Shown here piece by piece: positions 24,325 through 37,800 of a stretch of DNA of 64,000 nucleotides. Source of the DNA: Balanoglossus misakiensis (Eukaryota; Animalia; Hemichordata); NCBI GenBank assembly GCA_040954595.2, contig CM082585.2, positions 7,527,808 through 7,591,807 of the forward strand, written 5' to 3'. Each line of letters starts with the position of its first letter. The first letter of the stretch is position 1. The translations under genes and the position numbers were made by a program. The notes beneath the pieces were generated by a model, which ran no database searches, was not told the DNA's origin, and saw only the letters and a program-made list of their open reading frames with translations.

Positions 24325-26026
24325 ATGACCCGGATCCTGGGCATCGACTTCGCGCCGTTGGGGGTGCCCTTGCACCGGCGGCTGGAGACGCTGGCGGCCG
24401 CCGATTACGTCTTCAGCTTCGTCGTCCTGAGCACGCTCACCTGCGTGCTGGTGCTGTACCTCCTGTTCGCCACCTCCTACTACTGGCTGGCCCTGCTCTA
24501 CCTCACCTGGCTGGCCGTGGACTGGCGCACGCCCAGCCGGGGAGGCCGGCGGGCGTCCTGGTTCCGCCACTGGTGGTTGTGGAAGTACTTCGCCAGCTAT
24601 TTCCCGATGAAGCTGATAAAGACGTGCGAGCTGGACCCCAAGAACAACTACATATTCGCGTACCACCCGCACGGCATCCTAGCGATAGGCGGGTTCGCCC
24701 ATTTCGGGACGGAGGGCACGCATTTTAGTAAACTGTTCCCGGGAATCAAGCCCTATCTCTTGGTTATGAAGATTATGTTGGCTTTACCTATTGTGCACGA
24801 TTACTACATGTTAGCGGGTAAGTAAGCGCATGTGAGCAACATTATCGGTAAACGAAATATTACGGGTCAGGTTTACAGTCCTAGTTCAACCACCAGAGGT
24901 TACAGGTCAGTGTTTACCAAAAATTAAAGGCCGTTTTCTCGATCCCAGGGCAGAACAATGAAGGCAAATAAGAAATCCTGTGTGTTAATAGCACGTAACT
25001 GTTTACTGGAAAGAAAAGATTTGACCCACTGTTGAGAAGGGCCTTTAAACTTGATTTTTCTGAAATGGAAACTGCATGATAGGGTGCTGCGACGTGAGCA
25101 AAGGCAGTATTCACCACATCCTTGAGGAGAACGGCAAGGGAAACGCAGCCATCATTTTGGTCGGCGGAGCCAAAGAATCGCTGGAGTCCGCACCTGGCCA
25201 ATGCAAAGTGCTTCTCAAGAACAGGAAAGGTTTTTGCAAGATGGCACTTACGCATGGGTAAGTTCCCCCCCTCCCCACGGCGTTCAGTCTGTGTATTTTT
25301 TGTACAAGTGACTGTTTTTTCTTGTAACCTGTTCTCTTCATCAACCCTACGTTTATCCATTCAGTGAAACCATGTCCTACTGAAATCTTGACGTACAACA
25401 TATGTGTACACCCATTTCCCTGCAGTGCCCATCTAGTGCCCGTGTACTCCTTTGGCGAGGAGGAACTCTACACGCAAGTGGACAATCCCGAAGGTTCCAC
25501 GGTCAGGAAGATACAGAACACGCTGCAGAGTTGGATGGGATTTGCCATTCCTTTCTTCCATGGGCGTGGAATTTTCAACTACAATTTTGGACTCCTGCCT
25601 CACAGGCGAGCCATCAACACTTTTGGTAAGTTTACCGGAACCGCGCACATCCCTTGCACTGAATGATACATTGAGGGGCGAGGGCGTGGTGGGACCAGAC
25701 CAGAAAAATGTTGAAACACATGTGCGTCGTCTGCTATCATTGGTACATGTCCGAACCAGAATCACTAGAATCTCTTCCGAATTATGTGTGTTAGGATCGG
25801 CCGCTTCTTTTATCTCGTTCAGAATGATGAAACGTCACTTATCACTAAGTTTGATCATCTTTGCTTTGCAGTGGGCGCTCCGATCCCGGTAGAGAAGGTT
25901 CCGGAACCGACCCAGGAAGAGTTGGACTCACTGCATCGCCTGTACATTGAGAGACTCAAAGCCCTCTTCGACGAGCACAAGGTCAAGTTCCCAGAATACG
26001 CTACCAAAGAGATCATCTTCATCTAA
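24325..26026 (+). CDS. MOGAT2: DGAT2/MOGAT-family acylglycerol O-acyltransferase, paralog A (340 aa, MOGAT2-like)
   Basis: Coding exons 24325-24817, 25083-25257, 25426-25625, 25872-26026 (1023 nt). N-terminus FAPLGVPLHRRLETL; motifs YFP, HPHG, GGAKE, RKGFCKMA, VPVYSFGE, VGAPI. An acceptor at 24315 implies 5'UTR exon(s). Confidence 0.93.
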
Positions 26027-28183
26027 ATTACGAAGTGCGCCACGTGGCCTGAATTACTGAAGTACCACGACAATCGTCGCTGAGGGCGTTTCTGTTTAGA
26101 ATCGCTGAAGGTTCCGGGAAGTTTGAAGACTTGATTCTTTTCCGTTTCTGTCGATTCGGTTGCAATCAAAGGTTTCCAGGTATCTGTGATTAGACAGGGG
26201 CACAATTCGACGTTTTTAATGCAAATTCTAAATGGGGACAAAGTACAGGCAACGAAACCGAGGAAAAGCTTTTTAAATCAATGGACAAATAATCCGCATA
26301 TGTTGTGAATCATTTTCTTACTCTCAGGGTGAATGAGAATTCGGATAGTCCATTCTCGCATTTCCTTTTAGTACTTCCATGAAAGTTTTGTTTTAATCTT
26401 AATGTTTAGCGCGTGTAATTGTGCCTGCGCGCGTACGTATGTGTGTGTGTGTGCGAGAGATAGAGAATATTCCTTCACCACGTGTCAGCTTCTTCGTTCT
26501 TCGCGTGTTCGTTTGTCACGTGCAATGACAGGGGGTGCTGCTCCTTCACTGTTTTATCACTTGTCCACTGGCAGCTCTGACCCCCCCCCCCCCTGCCCAT
26601 TTTACAAAGGCTGCATTCGTATGTACATGTAATCGGATTATTCCTTCCTTACAAACTGGTGTATGAACCAGATCTGCCTCGTCACTCTCAGGATAAGGGC
26701 GTCTCATGCTGCACTTGAAATTACGCCATTACAATGTTTAACACGCGGGACGCAAGGCATAGGCAGTTGTCATGAATAGTTGTATGCAAATTCATGCATT
26801 TATGAATAGTAATTTGAATATCATTTACATGTCATTAATCAATGGCAGATCAACTTGCAGTCGCCACGAAAGTATTCCTCTATAGAATTTTGTACCCAAG
26901 ATATTACTAGTAGAAAGCGATATTGCAACAAAACTATTCACCGGTAATTTATCACAAATCGACGACAGAGAACCGCATCTGCGAAGAACATTATTTGTAT
27001 ATAATTTCGGCAATAAACATATACCATGACAATATCACTTCTTGTATACTCCATTCGTTATACCCAGGCATTTACAACATTTCTGAGGGCAAAATCATTT
27101 GACAATTTTGTCGCGTGAATAATTATCTCGGGTATGAATGCAAACGTAACACGTGATTGTGACCTTGAACTTAATCACGTGACCACAAGAAGCTACGCCC
27201 CCGGATGAGGGCGCTCCCAATGCGATATCTTGAGCCAGAATTACGCAGACGTGTCTTGATAGTGATGCAGAGAATGTATTAGTTTTTGGTGAAATGTAAC
27301 TCGCCATATAATATACAAATATGTGGGGGTTTTTTTGTTGAAGGAAGGATTGATGGGATGGCAATGCATATAGTACAGTACTATCCACATGCCCTTGGCG
27401 TTTGACCTTGGTGATGACAATACCTATTTTGACACAGAAGAATTGAATGCAATTCCTTGTGTGTGTATTTCGGTCAAGGACGTTGCCACGGAATTAGTTG
27501 ACCTTAGGAAAACAGAGGCTGACGGGTATAATAGGCAGCTGAACGCAAGTCTACGTGAAATTTGACCGCGCATTGTTCGACGGGGAGTGGGTACAGATTC
27601 GAACAAGATAGGAAACGTCTTAAAGTTGGCTAAGAAACGTTTGTATTGACAAATTACCAGGTTTGTATCCCTGAGAGGGGGGGGGGCAGACAGACAGAGA
27701 GACATTATTGTGTTTATTATTTTATGATTATATGTACCTAGTATTGACCGTACCGAAAGTGTTTATAAGCATGACCTATGCCGGTCACGAACAGATTTAT
27801 TTTCACTGCGCATGTGCAAATCTGGACCGACCTGCACGCGAAGTTTATTAACCCGCACTTGAATTATGTGACATTTATCTGATATTATCAAAAGGGCGTT
27901 CACATGCATTGTAACCCTCGTTAGTGAGCTCGAAGGTTATACTGTTCTACTTATTGCGGAGAACGACTGAACCATGTGAACCGCTTTGGTATATTGTGAC
28001 GTGGGTTAAATTCGACAACTTTCATGGGCTATAACCCATGTGTGCACATGTGTGCTCATTTCGCAGATTATCTATGTTATTTACCCCACATATTATATAA
28101 CTGCACAATCGTCGTTCTGTAAGCTTTAATCTGTCCCGGGTTCACTGATTTTCAGGCTGTTGTCCAACCGCAAGTGTGCAATC

Positions 28184-29853
28184 ATGGTCAAACTGCTCGG
28201 CGTTGAGTTCGCGCCTCTCAGCGTTCCGTTGCACCGACGCCTGCAAACCCTGGCCGTCTTGAAGTACACGTCCATGTTCCTTGCGCAGGGTTTCGGCTGT
28301 CTGTTCCTCAGCGTCTACGTTCTCCTCTTCACCAGATACTACTGGTTCGTGCTCCTCTACCTCGCCTGGCTGTACTACGACTGGAACACGCCCGCCCGCG
28401 GCGGACGCAGGCTCGACTCCGCCCGCCGCTGGAAGGTATGGGACTACTTTCGCGACTACTTCCCCGTGACGCTCGTCAAGACGGCCGAGTTGGACCCCCG
28501 GCACAACTACATCCTGGGATTCCACCCGCACGGCATTATGACCCACGGAGGCTTCTGCAACTTCGCCACCGAAGCGACGGGATTCAGCAAGACATTCCCC
28601 GGTATCACTCCGTATCTGATAACGCTGCAAGGACAATTTTGGTTCCCGTTTCACCGGGATTACATAATGCTAGCCGGTACTTATAACATTCTTCTACATT
28701 CTATAAGCTGTGTCTTTTCTACTGATAACCACACTCAAAATGGCGCTGTTAGATTGACAGCAAGCTCGGGGCATTTCATTCTGCATATACGGGATTTTTG
28801 AAACATGCGATGTATATTATCAATGAAACAGAGCTCACAAGAAACCACGTCCGTTCACTTCATTCATTCATTTGACAATCACATACGGCGATGGGGAAAC
28901 ATGGACTTTTTCTTAATGTAATACTGCCCTCAATAGTATAGCATTTGCATTTCATTTGTTTTTACAGGTATGGTTGACTGCAGCAAGGACAGTTTGCACC
29001 ACCTGTTGAGTCAGTCAGGTCCTGGCAACGCATGCGCCATTGTCATTGGTGGCGCTCCGGAGTCGCTGGAAGCTCACCCTGGATCCAGCACCACCGTACT
29101 GTCCCAGAGGAAAGGTTTCATCAAAATCGCCCTCAGAACAGGGTAAGTGTCAGCGATTTGCTTAGTCTGGTTCCCTGCCATGCGCCGTGTGAGTCTCACT
29201 TAGAGTTTATGATGCATTTGCTTTCTTTAAACCAGAGCCCATTTGGTGCCCGTGTATTCCTTCGGAGAAAACAACGTGTACGAGCAGGTGTCGAATCCAC
29301 CGGGGTCATTCCTCAGAACCGTACAGAACGCATTGCAGAAAATCTGTGGTTTCGCCGCGCCTGTCTTCAGGGGGCGTGGCCTCTTCAATTACAGCTTTGG
29401 GTTGCTGCCCCAAAGGCATCCGATCAGTTCTGTAGGTGAGTACGGCAACCTTCCAACGAACTAGTGGTGGCGCTGTCACTGCAGTGTCACGTGAATGAAT
29501 AAACCAATCAATATTCCGGAAGTGAAATGAAGAAGATTTTATTTTGTGTAAAACATATTGGATTGTGGGTAATCTTTTTATACGTTCATATCGCATGTCA
29601 ATCATGGAAACAATGTGTGAAATCAAAAGGAAGCGTAGTGCCAGCAACGATATTTCTTACATACATTTGGAAAACGTTCGGTTCGTTGTTTTTTTCAGTG
29701 GGAACACCGATCCCAGTGGAGAAGATTGAAGAACCGACAAAAGAAGACATCGACAAACTGCACGATACGTACATCCGGGCATTATCAAACCTATTCAATG
29801 TACATAAAAGTAAACACCCACTCTACAAAGATAAGGAATTATTCATTATGTAG
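28184..29853 (+). CDS. MOGAT2: DGAT2/MOGAT-family acylglycerol O-acyltransferase, paralog B (340 aa, MOGAT2-like)
   Basis: Coding exons 28184-28676, 28968-29142, 29236-29435, 29699-29853 (1023 nt). Motifs EFAPLSVPLHRRLQTLAVL, DYFP, HPHG, GGAPE, RKGFIKIA, VPVYSFGEN, VGTPI. Acceptor at 28155 precedes the ATG. Confidence 0.94.
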
Positions 29854-30605
29854 GGAATATGATAACAAACCAGTCAGATTCTTGAAATCACCTGATCGAG
29901 TAAAGAAATTATTTACGTCGCTGCACATATGGAATTAAAAGAAATTGTCTTCCAGACAAAACGAAATCGACCCTGATCAGTATACCTTTTGGACAGCGAC
30001 ATGCGTGTAGTGCTCATTAGTAAATTCTTCCAATACCATTTGACAGGCCACGCCCAATACTCGTACGCAAATCGCGTGCAAATCGTGTAAATAGTTTTAT
30101 AAGGCACTATAGTACTCATACCAGCCTTTTCTACAGTTTGTCTAAATAGTACATGCCAAGACATTGACACAGAACTGACGGCAATAATTATGGACAGAAC
30201 GTCATTGTGTCTTTGTAACACGGTGTAACGTCATGTCTCGTAGGCGTCAATTTCTTCAGAATGTTTATCATATCACAGGCAATGCATTACACATGTAAAT
30301 AACATATCTTGTTGTCGACACGAAATTGTAAAATGCTGCCGTCCATTTCTACTTGGCGAATACCTAGTATGGCGATCTTGGATTTATATCCTTATTGAAG
30401 TGCGGTTTATAGACCAGTGGCCAAAATGCATGTTTTATCATCCTGTCTTACGAGTGATTCGCCGGAAAGCCACTTTCGCGGTGTTTAATAACACTGCCAT
30501 GGCAACATCATATGTTAGATTTTTAACACCACCAATTTGACCGTGACATTGTCGATGTGAACCTTGTGGGGGAACATTCGGGTATCTCCCTTGGCTGTCT
30601 TCAAA

Positions 30606-33600
30606 CTAGCAGAATAGTTGTTTGGCGTGTGCGCGGTAGTTTTTCCCAAGGAATGCGTAAAGAACTGGATTCATGGCGGAGTTGAAATATGTGAGACACA
30701 GGGCGTAATTGGAGAGTTTCAGCACCAGCGGGCTGTAATTGTCGCTGTTTATGATCAGGTAGATTCTGATCACGTGCACAGGTCCCCAGCAGACGGCGAA
30801 GAACACGACGATCATCATCACCATGACCGTCACGCGCACCTTCTGGTTGGCCGGCTCCCTGTCCGAGTTGAAGCGGGCGCGACCCTTGGCCTTCTCGGCG
30901 CTCGGCTTGCCGTTCCTGCCGTCCAGTGCGACGCTCGTCGTCCGCCCGAAGGTCTTCCTCAGCCTCCCCGGGAGCTTCCTGGTGCAGATCTTCGCCGCTA
31001 TGCCGACGTTACACGCGACGATGATGGTCAGCGGGACGGCGTACATCACCAGAACCTCGTACACCGTGTAGATGGTGAGCTTGATCGGCTTGTCGAAGAA
31101 GTACGTGCAGGTGGGAGACCGAGTAGTCGGCTCGATCATAACACCATAAAACATCACCACGGGCAAATGCAGTAAAAACGACGCTGAAATCGAATAAATC
31201 TGTATTAAAAATATCGTATGACTCCTGCTTCTATCCTGCGGCAAATAAGAGCTTATTAAAACCGTGCGTCAGACAATGATCACAATTGTGATTTTACAGA
31301 TTGAACTCGGGCACCCTGTCTCGTCTCATAATTATATTTCAGAGCAAGAACATTTTTCGTGTTATCACAAAGCACAAAAAGAGAACTGACATTCATTTAA
31401 AATGGCGTTGTTGTCTTAGAATTCCAAATCTAATTCAATAACATAGCAGAGACGGTCCAGAAATTAGCATACAACATGGGACGCATGCGCGCCGCACCGC
31501 ACCGCACCACGCCAGGTGCACTGGCCAAAATGTATGCCATCATATTCAAATTTGGCGCGTGACGTATAAATGACCCTTTTGTTTTATTTCGAGCTCAAAC
31601 AATCCGTACTGAGTCAGCCCATGTTCCGCATAATTTACATAACAATATGACTTGAGTAGGTGGTATGCCTGGCTTGCATCTCCTGGCTGAAACCGTGCGA
31701 AGGACCTGCACCAGAGGCCATGACAAAATATGGAATTACGTTTTTCCCCAACTGGTCGTATTTGCAAGCTTGCGATATTGGCGGTTAATTGGACTGAACA
31801 CTTTTGGAACAAGTCACAAGTTTAGCTCGGCATTTTGATTGAAATACGTGGAATACGGCAAGAAAAGTGACAGAGCACGCGGTCAATGAAGGACTCGTTC
31901 GCCGAACGACACGACAGTTTCAATGGATATCGCAGTCACGGACACTTGCCAGGTGGATGGCCGTCTTTTCACTTTCGTTATTTCGGACAGAACTCAAGAA
32001 AAGGCGCTGGTAAGTTTACTATATTATTTTATGCTTCGTCGGTAACTGACTTGCTTGCAAATACGCTGTCGATGCAATATCTCGACCGAATGACATGATA
32101 GGCTCAGTGATTACAATCATTCGAGCTGTTAGCTCTCTCGGCTTAGTTTGCTGTCGTGTGGTTTAATCGGAAACCGGTAACGACGTGCAGTGCAGGGTTT
32201 CGTGACTGCCGAGGGCTGGCACCATACCGGTGCGTGCTGTCATACTTAGCTACGCAACGAAACATCAGTTTCCGATGATTGCGGCGCTACCTAGCAACAT
32301 CAACTCAGAACACGGGCCTTTGACGTCACGGCGTATTAAGAGAAAAATCCTCCGAGACACCGAGAGAGGATGATTTCATTTTGTCACTTAGTTTCAATTG
32401 ATTAGCGTTTCTCCAATTATTTCGCGACAACAAAACGCTAATTAAAATGCCGCTCAGAAAAGAAATAATTGGAATTGACGAGAAGCGATCTTCAGGGTCC
32501 CATGAGGCGTTGCGTTGTTACAGCGGCGGAAAATAATTTCTTGGCAGACGAGACGCGAACTCACGAGGGAACGAAGTCGCTCTCTCGACACTTTCGTTAT
32601 CTGTGTTTTACGGAGTTGTTATTTCCAGGATTTCCGATAGGTAAAATGGAAGATATTGTCATTTCGTTTAATTGCTGATTTTGTCAAAGGGTTATTAACC
32701 TCAGTGTAACATAGTACACAAAGGAAAAAAATCACCGGACCGTGGACCATACAAATCGCGCAATACTGTGAAACACCCACAATCAACGGCTTTTGTATAC
32801 ACTCCTGCTGTTGTCTGGGAGCGGCACTGATGCTACGACCTCAAAGGTCACAGGTTACCGGTGCCAATAAAAATAACCCGAGCTCTGATATCTATCACAG
32901 TGCAGACGTACGTTTTTATTTGCGTCTTTTTCTGATCTATCTGTCATTCTTTTCTGAGGTGAGAGGTTATCCTTCTGAAAGAATACGCGATCAATCACGT
33001 CGCGATATGGTACTGTCGATGTTTGCAAGTGAATTACCAGCTAGCTTATAAACTTTAGGGCCAACGGCCGGAAAGTAATTGCCTTGAAGGCGCACTTTCC
33101 AATCCCTGGTTTGCGTAAGAGTTTGATTGACATGCGCCCCCAAGACGGGGAAACTGGTCAGTCCCTTATAGTCGCATCCGTTATGGGCAATAACGCTATA
33201 GTTACATACTTGCGGTGATAGTATTTGTGCGCGACATAGGATTTGAGACCGAAGGCGACTTCAAAGTAATCTTGTATTTTCTGGAGCGTGTCCTCTATAA
33301 TGTCCATTCCCACAATGAACGCCGCCATTAAATCCTGGCCAATTTATGTGGGGTGCCGCCTTTAATTCAGACTACGTTTTATAAATTGGCCATTTTCCAA
33401 ATTGTTATCTTGAACACGAGCGTGTACGTATCGGATCTCCCCGACTCTTCTCAGCTCTGTCAAAAAAGGCAGGGCTAATTACGTGTTAAATACTACTCTA
33501 TTTGACCGTATGTCCATATATATAGCACAATTAAATTCAAGAGGCAGGCAAGTAACATGGCCCTTCTCAACGGGGGGTATCAAGCCATTAGCTTCCAAGT

Positions 33601-34804
33601 CCAGGACTGGCTTTTTTCAGAGCCAAGAACTGACAGATTAGATTCTGCGCTATCGTGGCTCCGAGTATGTGCTTTCATGCTGCGAGTAATGGCACGGGAC
33701 ACGCGTACAACGTGTCGGAGTCCAATACGAACTAATAATGCAATATAATAACATATCTCTGGTGGCCAACCCCGTCTACGCGTTAAATGACGTGGAACAG
33801 AGCTATAAAATTTTAACGGCACGCAGTTATAAAAAAAACTCACGAAAGAATTGCGACTTAACTCACTTAGCCATATTATCCCAATGGAAACGTAGACGAT
33901 CTTTTTCGTTCTCCGTGCGCGTGCCTTCAGAGGGTTGAAGATGACGGCACACCTGTCCATAGTCATGATGGTTAGCGTGCCACAGGTTGCTTGAACGGAC
34001 ACCTGGTCAAAAAGGACATAGAATCGGACATCATGATAAGGCCCGCGGTCAGTTCCCCTTACACTCGGCCCCATGTTAAACTCCGCAAGAAACAAACCAT
34101 TGATTGACATTCAGAATAGTTGATACTGATACAAAGCAGGAATCGCTTTTGGCACATTGGTTCATCTGTCGGTTGATAGCTTCAGTTTACAAGTCCTTAA
34201 AGCCAGTTCCATGCTAGGATAAGCTCTGAAAATGTATCCATGAAATGAAGACACGGTGTCACACGCCGTCCTCGCCTTTCACTATAAATCAAATGTTACA
34301 CGATATGTGTGCATTAACCCTTTCGACGGACGCCATAGTTAATTTGTCGTAATTTGTCAAAAAATTGATCTCATAACTATTGCCTTATTATTTTTTCCGA
34401 AAAATTGGTCAATACCTGCAGATAATGGAAGATAATGCCCATCTGGTCTACAATTAAGAGGGGAAATAGGGAAAACTTTGCGAAAATGATAAAATACTCA
34501 CACTCTGCATGTAGACGATGAAGCGACACATGAAGTCTCCCAGAGTCCATACTCCGCCGTGGACGAGCGTCACGGTGGCGGGAACGGCGCAGGCCAACAG
34601 GAAACAAATGTCGGACTTGGCCAAGTTGGAAATGTAGGTGTTGGTCACACTGTGCATGTCGGAAAACCTGATGACGATGTACACGACCAGCGAGTTGCCG
34701 AATATCCCGACGATGGCCAGAACTCCGAAAATAGCCGCCGTCACGGGGTCCCGCTGGTCGTCCAGGTCGGTCGCATTGTGCAGTGTGCCATTTACGGTTT
34801 CCAT
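30606..34804 (-). CDS. Class A GPCR, kisspeptin receptor (GPR54/KISS1R)-like, 338 aa
   Basis: Exons 34804-34502, 34002-33867 (136 nt), 31183-30606. Motifs GNSLV, TNTYISNLA, VSVQATCGTLTIMTMDRC (human KISS1R VSVQATCATLTAMSVDRW), FAVCWGP, NSAMNPVLYAFLG. The 136-nt phase 0-to-1 exon matches KISS1R exon 3 as I recall it. A 5'UTR acceptor lies at 34919. Confidence 0.88.
34315..34490. mobile_element. Degenerate interspersed repeat starting TTAACCCTTTC (piggyBac-like end), homologous to 51283-51455
   Basis: Alignable by eye: TTTTTTCCGAAAAATTGGTCAATACCTGCAGATAATGGAA versus TTTTTTCCACAATTTTGATCAAGACCTGCAGACAATGGAA. Confidence 0.65.
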
Positions 34805-37800
34805 GCCCCGAACTTTCTGTAGACGCCACACCACCAACCGCCAAAAGAACGTGTATTTTCCCTTACGCTGTTGTCTCCCCGACTGTACCGTACACACTCG
34901 ATGTGAATTTTTAACAGGCTGAACGGAAGAAGACGATTACTTAGTTCAGTTACATTGAGGGAGTGGTCAGAAATTTCGCTGCGGGGGTATAGGGCTGAAA
35001 AATGCAGTAGCAATCTTTTCGACTGGCGTAAGTTCTTAATCTAATCGCAAACCGGTGTATATCAATATATATGAAGGACAATGTGTTTTAAAGGCTTTGC
35101 CTACACCCTTAACCCTCCCAAACATTCAGTATCGTCACCGTTTCAACCAATAACGATATTACTATCACTACTTCAATATACAGTGAGTACCGGGGTTGAC
35201 AGAAGACAGTTAACACCGCCGCCTTAGTGTCCAGAATAGAATGCATTGCGACTCATGGGGGGTGCTCGATCATTGACGCAAACTCCATTGTTTGCCGCGA
35301 GCAATCCTTATATATTTAGAAGGGGGAAAACCAGCAAAAAGAAAGGTTTCTCCTGTCGCCACAAAGCCGGGGCAAATCGCTTTGTTGGTAGAAATATTGA
35401 GAGATATTTTCAGCCTTTGTAATATTCCTGGCTGAAAACACTGCTGTTCACGGGTAAATCCTCAACAAGCTGGTGCAGCTATATAAGATCATATAGTGGG
35501 ACATAACATGGAAATAACAGGTCACAAGAGACCAGTGATGTTGCCCAGGGGATGCCAGTCATATGTAACCACAAACTTTTGCAATCAATCACTGGTACTG
35601 ATTTAAAACAAAGGGCGAGCTCTGACGTCAGTTTCTATTACAATTATAAGATTATCCGAACATCTGTTACGATGCAGAGCCGGTTGCATGCCACTTGGCT
35701 GTTTTCGTATATGTAGCACGAATACAAACTGTCCACGCATCATACGATTGTTTATTTGAAGCAGGCCACAGAAAGAGGTACGAACAGCAGCAAAATCAAT
35801 GTTGCCAAGTGGTAGCCGTAGGCCAGCATTTTAAATCAAACTATATTTAAAAAAAATACAAATCTGCAGTTACACTATGAGTTGTTACTGTTTCTTAATG
35901 TGGTAGATATTAGATAAAGAAATTGTATGTTCCTTGCAAAATTAAAATGTGTGTGCTACATACGTGTTCCAAACGGTCCTATCGATGCAGAAACAGACAG
36001 ATGTGACGTGACCTTCTGCGACATAACGTAAAGATGGTGTAAATTATGTAATGGGGGAATCGGAGAATATCCTGTAGATTTGTTACAAAATCCAGTAATA
36101 TGATAAACGCACCGTGTGGAGACTGAAACAAATGTTGTGAAAACTAGGTTTTGCTGACCGTTTGAATTCACCAAGGGGCTTTCAAACGTCATAATGTTAA
36201 CACTATCGATGGCGGTAGTTACCTCAAGAGGTGAATTCTGTCGTTCAAATTCTAGTTAATTTTGAAGGCTATTGGCACGTGATCAAGGGACATGTCTGGG
36301 GTGTTGCAGTGTGTCGTTTTTGGATTGTCACGTCATTTGTCACGCGTTGACCAAAGTATACGAGATAGAAGGAACAATAGTGCCCAGATGGTGGGGAACG
36401 TGTATTTCCAATAGCGGCCAGGTGGTAGACGAACACCATCTTGACACCATCTGCATTTATTGTTCCCAATGCATACAGAGCTGTTAAATAGATTACCCAA
36501 CCGGATTTTGTCATCCCCCAGTCAAACGTTCGTTTTATATGTTCTCATAAAATATGTCAGATATGAATATTTGATAAATAAACTAAGCAGATTTATTTAC
36601 TTTGCTTTTCACCAGGGAGCAGGAATCTTAAAATTGTAATCATCTCATGCAATCAGATATGGCAAGTATTATGTTTGATAGTACTCTATCTGAGAGCCTA
36701 CGGCCTTTTATATCCAAAATAAACATATATTCCTCATTCGGTTGAAATTGAAAGTTTTCAAACTGTACAGGTGTCATTCAACAGTGTCTTGTCAAAGCAT
36801 GCTAATTTGCATATATCGCGAATTTCTGCAATTGGTGCGGAATGTACAGTCTTTGTACTGGTTTATATTTTTCAACTTGTAATGCCACATGACTGTCCAA
36901 CTTTTTTGGCAATGGCTGTATCCAGCTGCGAGTGTCTCATTTCCAGGTGGGAATGCGGGCTGTATAAGTACGTGTCTATATAAGTAATTGGCAGAAATGA
37001 CGGCGTCTACGTACAGTTGAGTGAGATTCAAATGCACCGTCATGTTTGAGCGAACGCCCATCGTCGGGCAGCTGTTGATGGAAACTAAAGATATTGATTT
37101 GAATGGATAACATATTGTTCATTACTGTTGAGGACTCCCAGTGGTTTTAGTTACACTTCTACGAGTTGAAATAGCCAAGGGCACATAACCCATCACCACG
37201 CCGCATGCATATGTAACATCCGTTTACCGGTTGAGGCAACGAACTGATCAGATTCAGATCCAATTAATGCCCAGTGTCCCGCGGGGGTGTTGCAAAGGAC
37301 GACGACCCCCATGGAAGTGTCTTTGCCTCTGGCATTTTTGTTTCGTTTCTTAAGTGCAACTTGCGAAAACCTCAGCAACCAGAGCGCCATGTTAGGGCCT
37401 AATTTGCTCGCGGATGTAGCGTGGTGACATGGCGAGGCGGACAATGCCTGCACGTATCGATGAAATACGTTCAGCTTACCCGTGTGTACACGCTGTACGG
37501 AAAGTGCCGTCATCCAATTTCTATGCCAGCGCACGAACAAGACCTCAAATTGCACAGACGTCTTCTAAATCCCCACCTGTCATTATTTCTGATTTGCGCG
37601 ATTAAACAAAGGTGACGAAGTGAGACAGGTACCGTGACAAATTGTGTGCGTTTTCACGCTGTACTCTCCGTCTGTTGCTATTCATCAATGGCATCTACTA
37701 TGAAAGCTGAAATGCAGGGACGCATTGGCTGCAAACCACTGCAACCTAACGTTAGCAATCCCGCTCTCCGTTGCATGCCCATTGTTATAACAAAACCCTT

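Noticed and set aside
30386-30393. ATATCCTT, a U12-type donor word
   Set aside because: Intergenic; no associated exon or AT-AC intron.
24244-31175. Long antisense ORFs over the MOGAT and GPCR exons (24244-24672, 28142-28654, 30618-31175)
   Set aside because: Shadow ORFs expected from GC3-rich coding sequence on the opposite strand.
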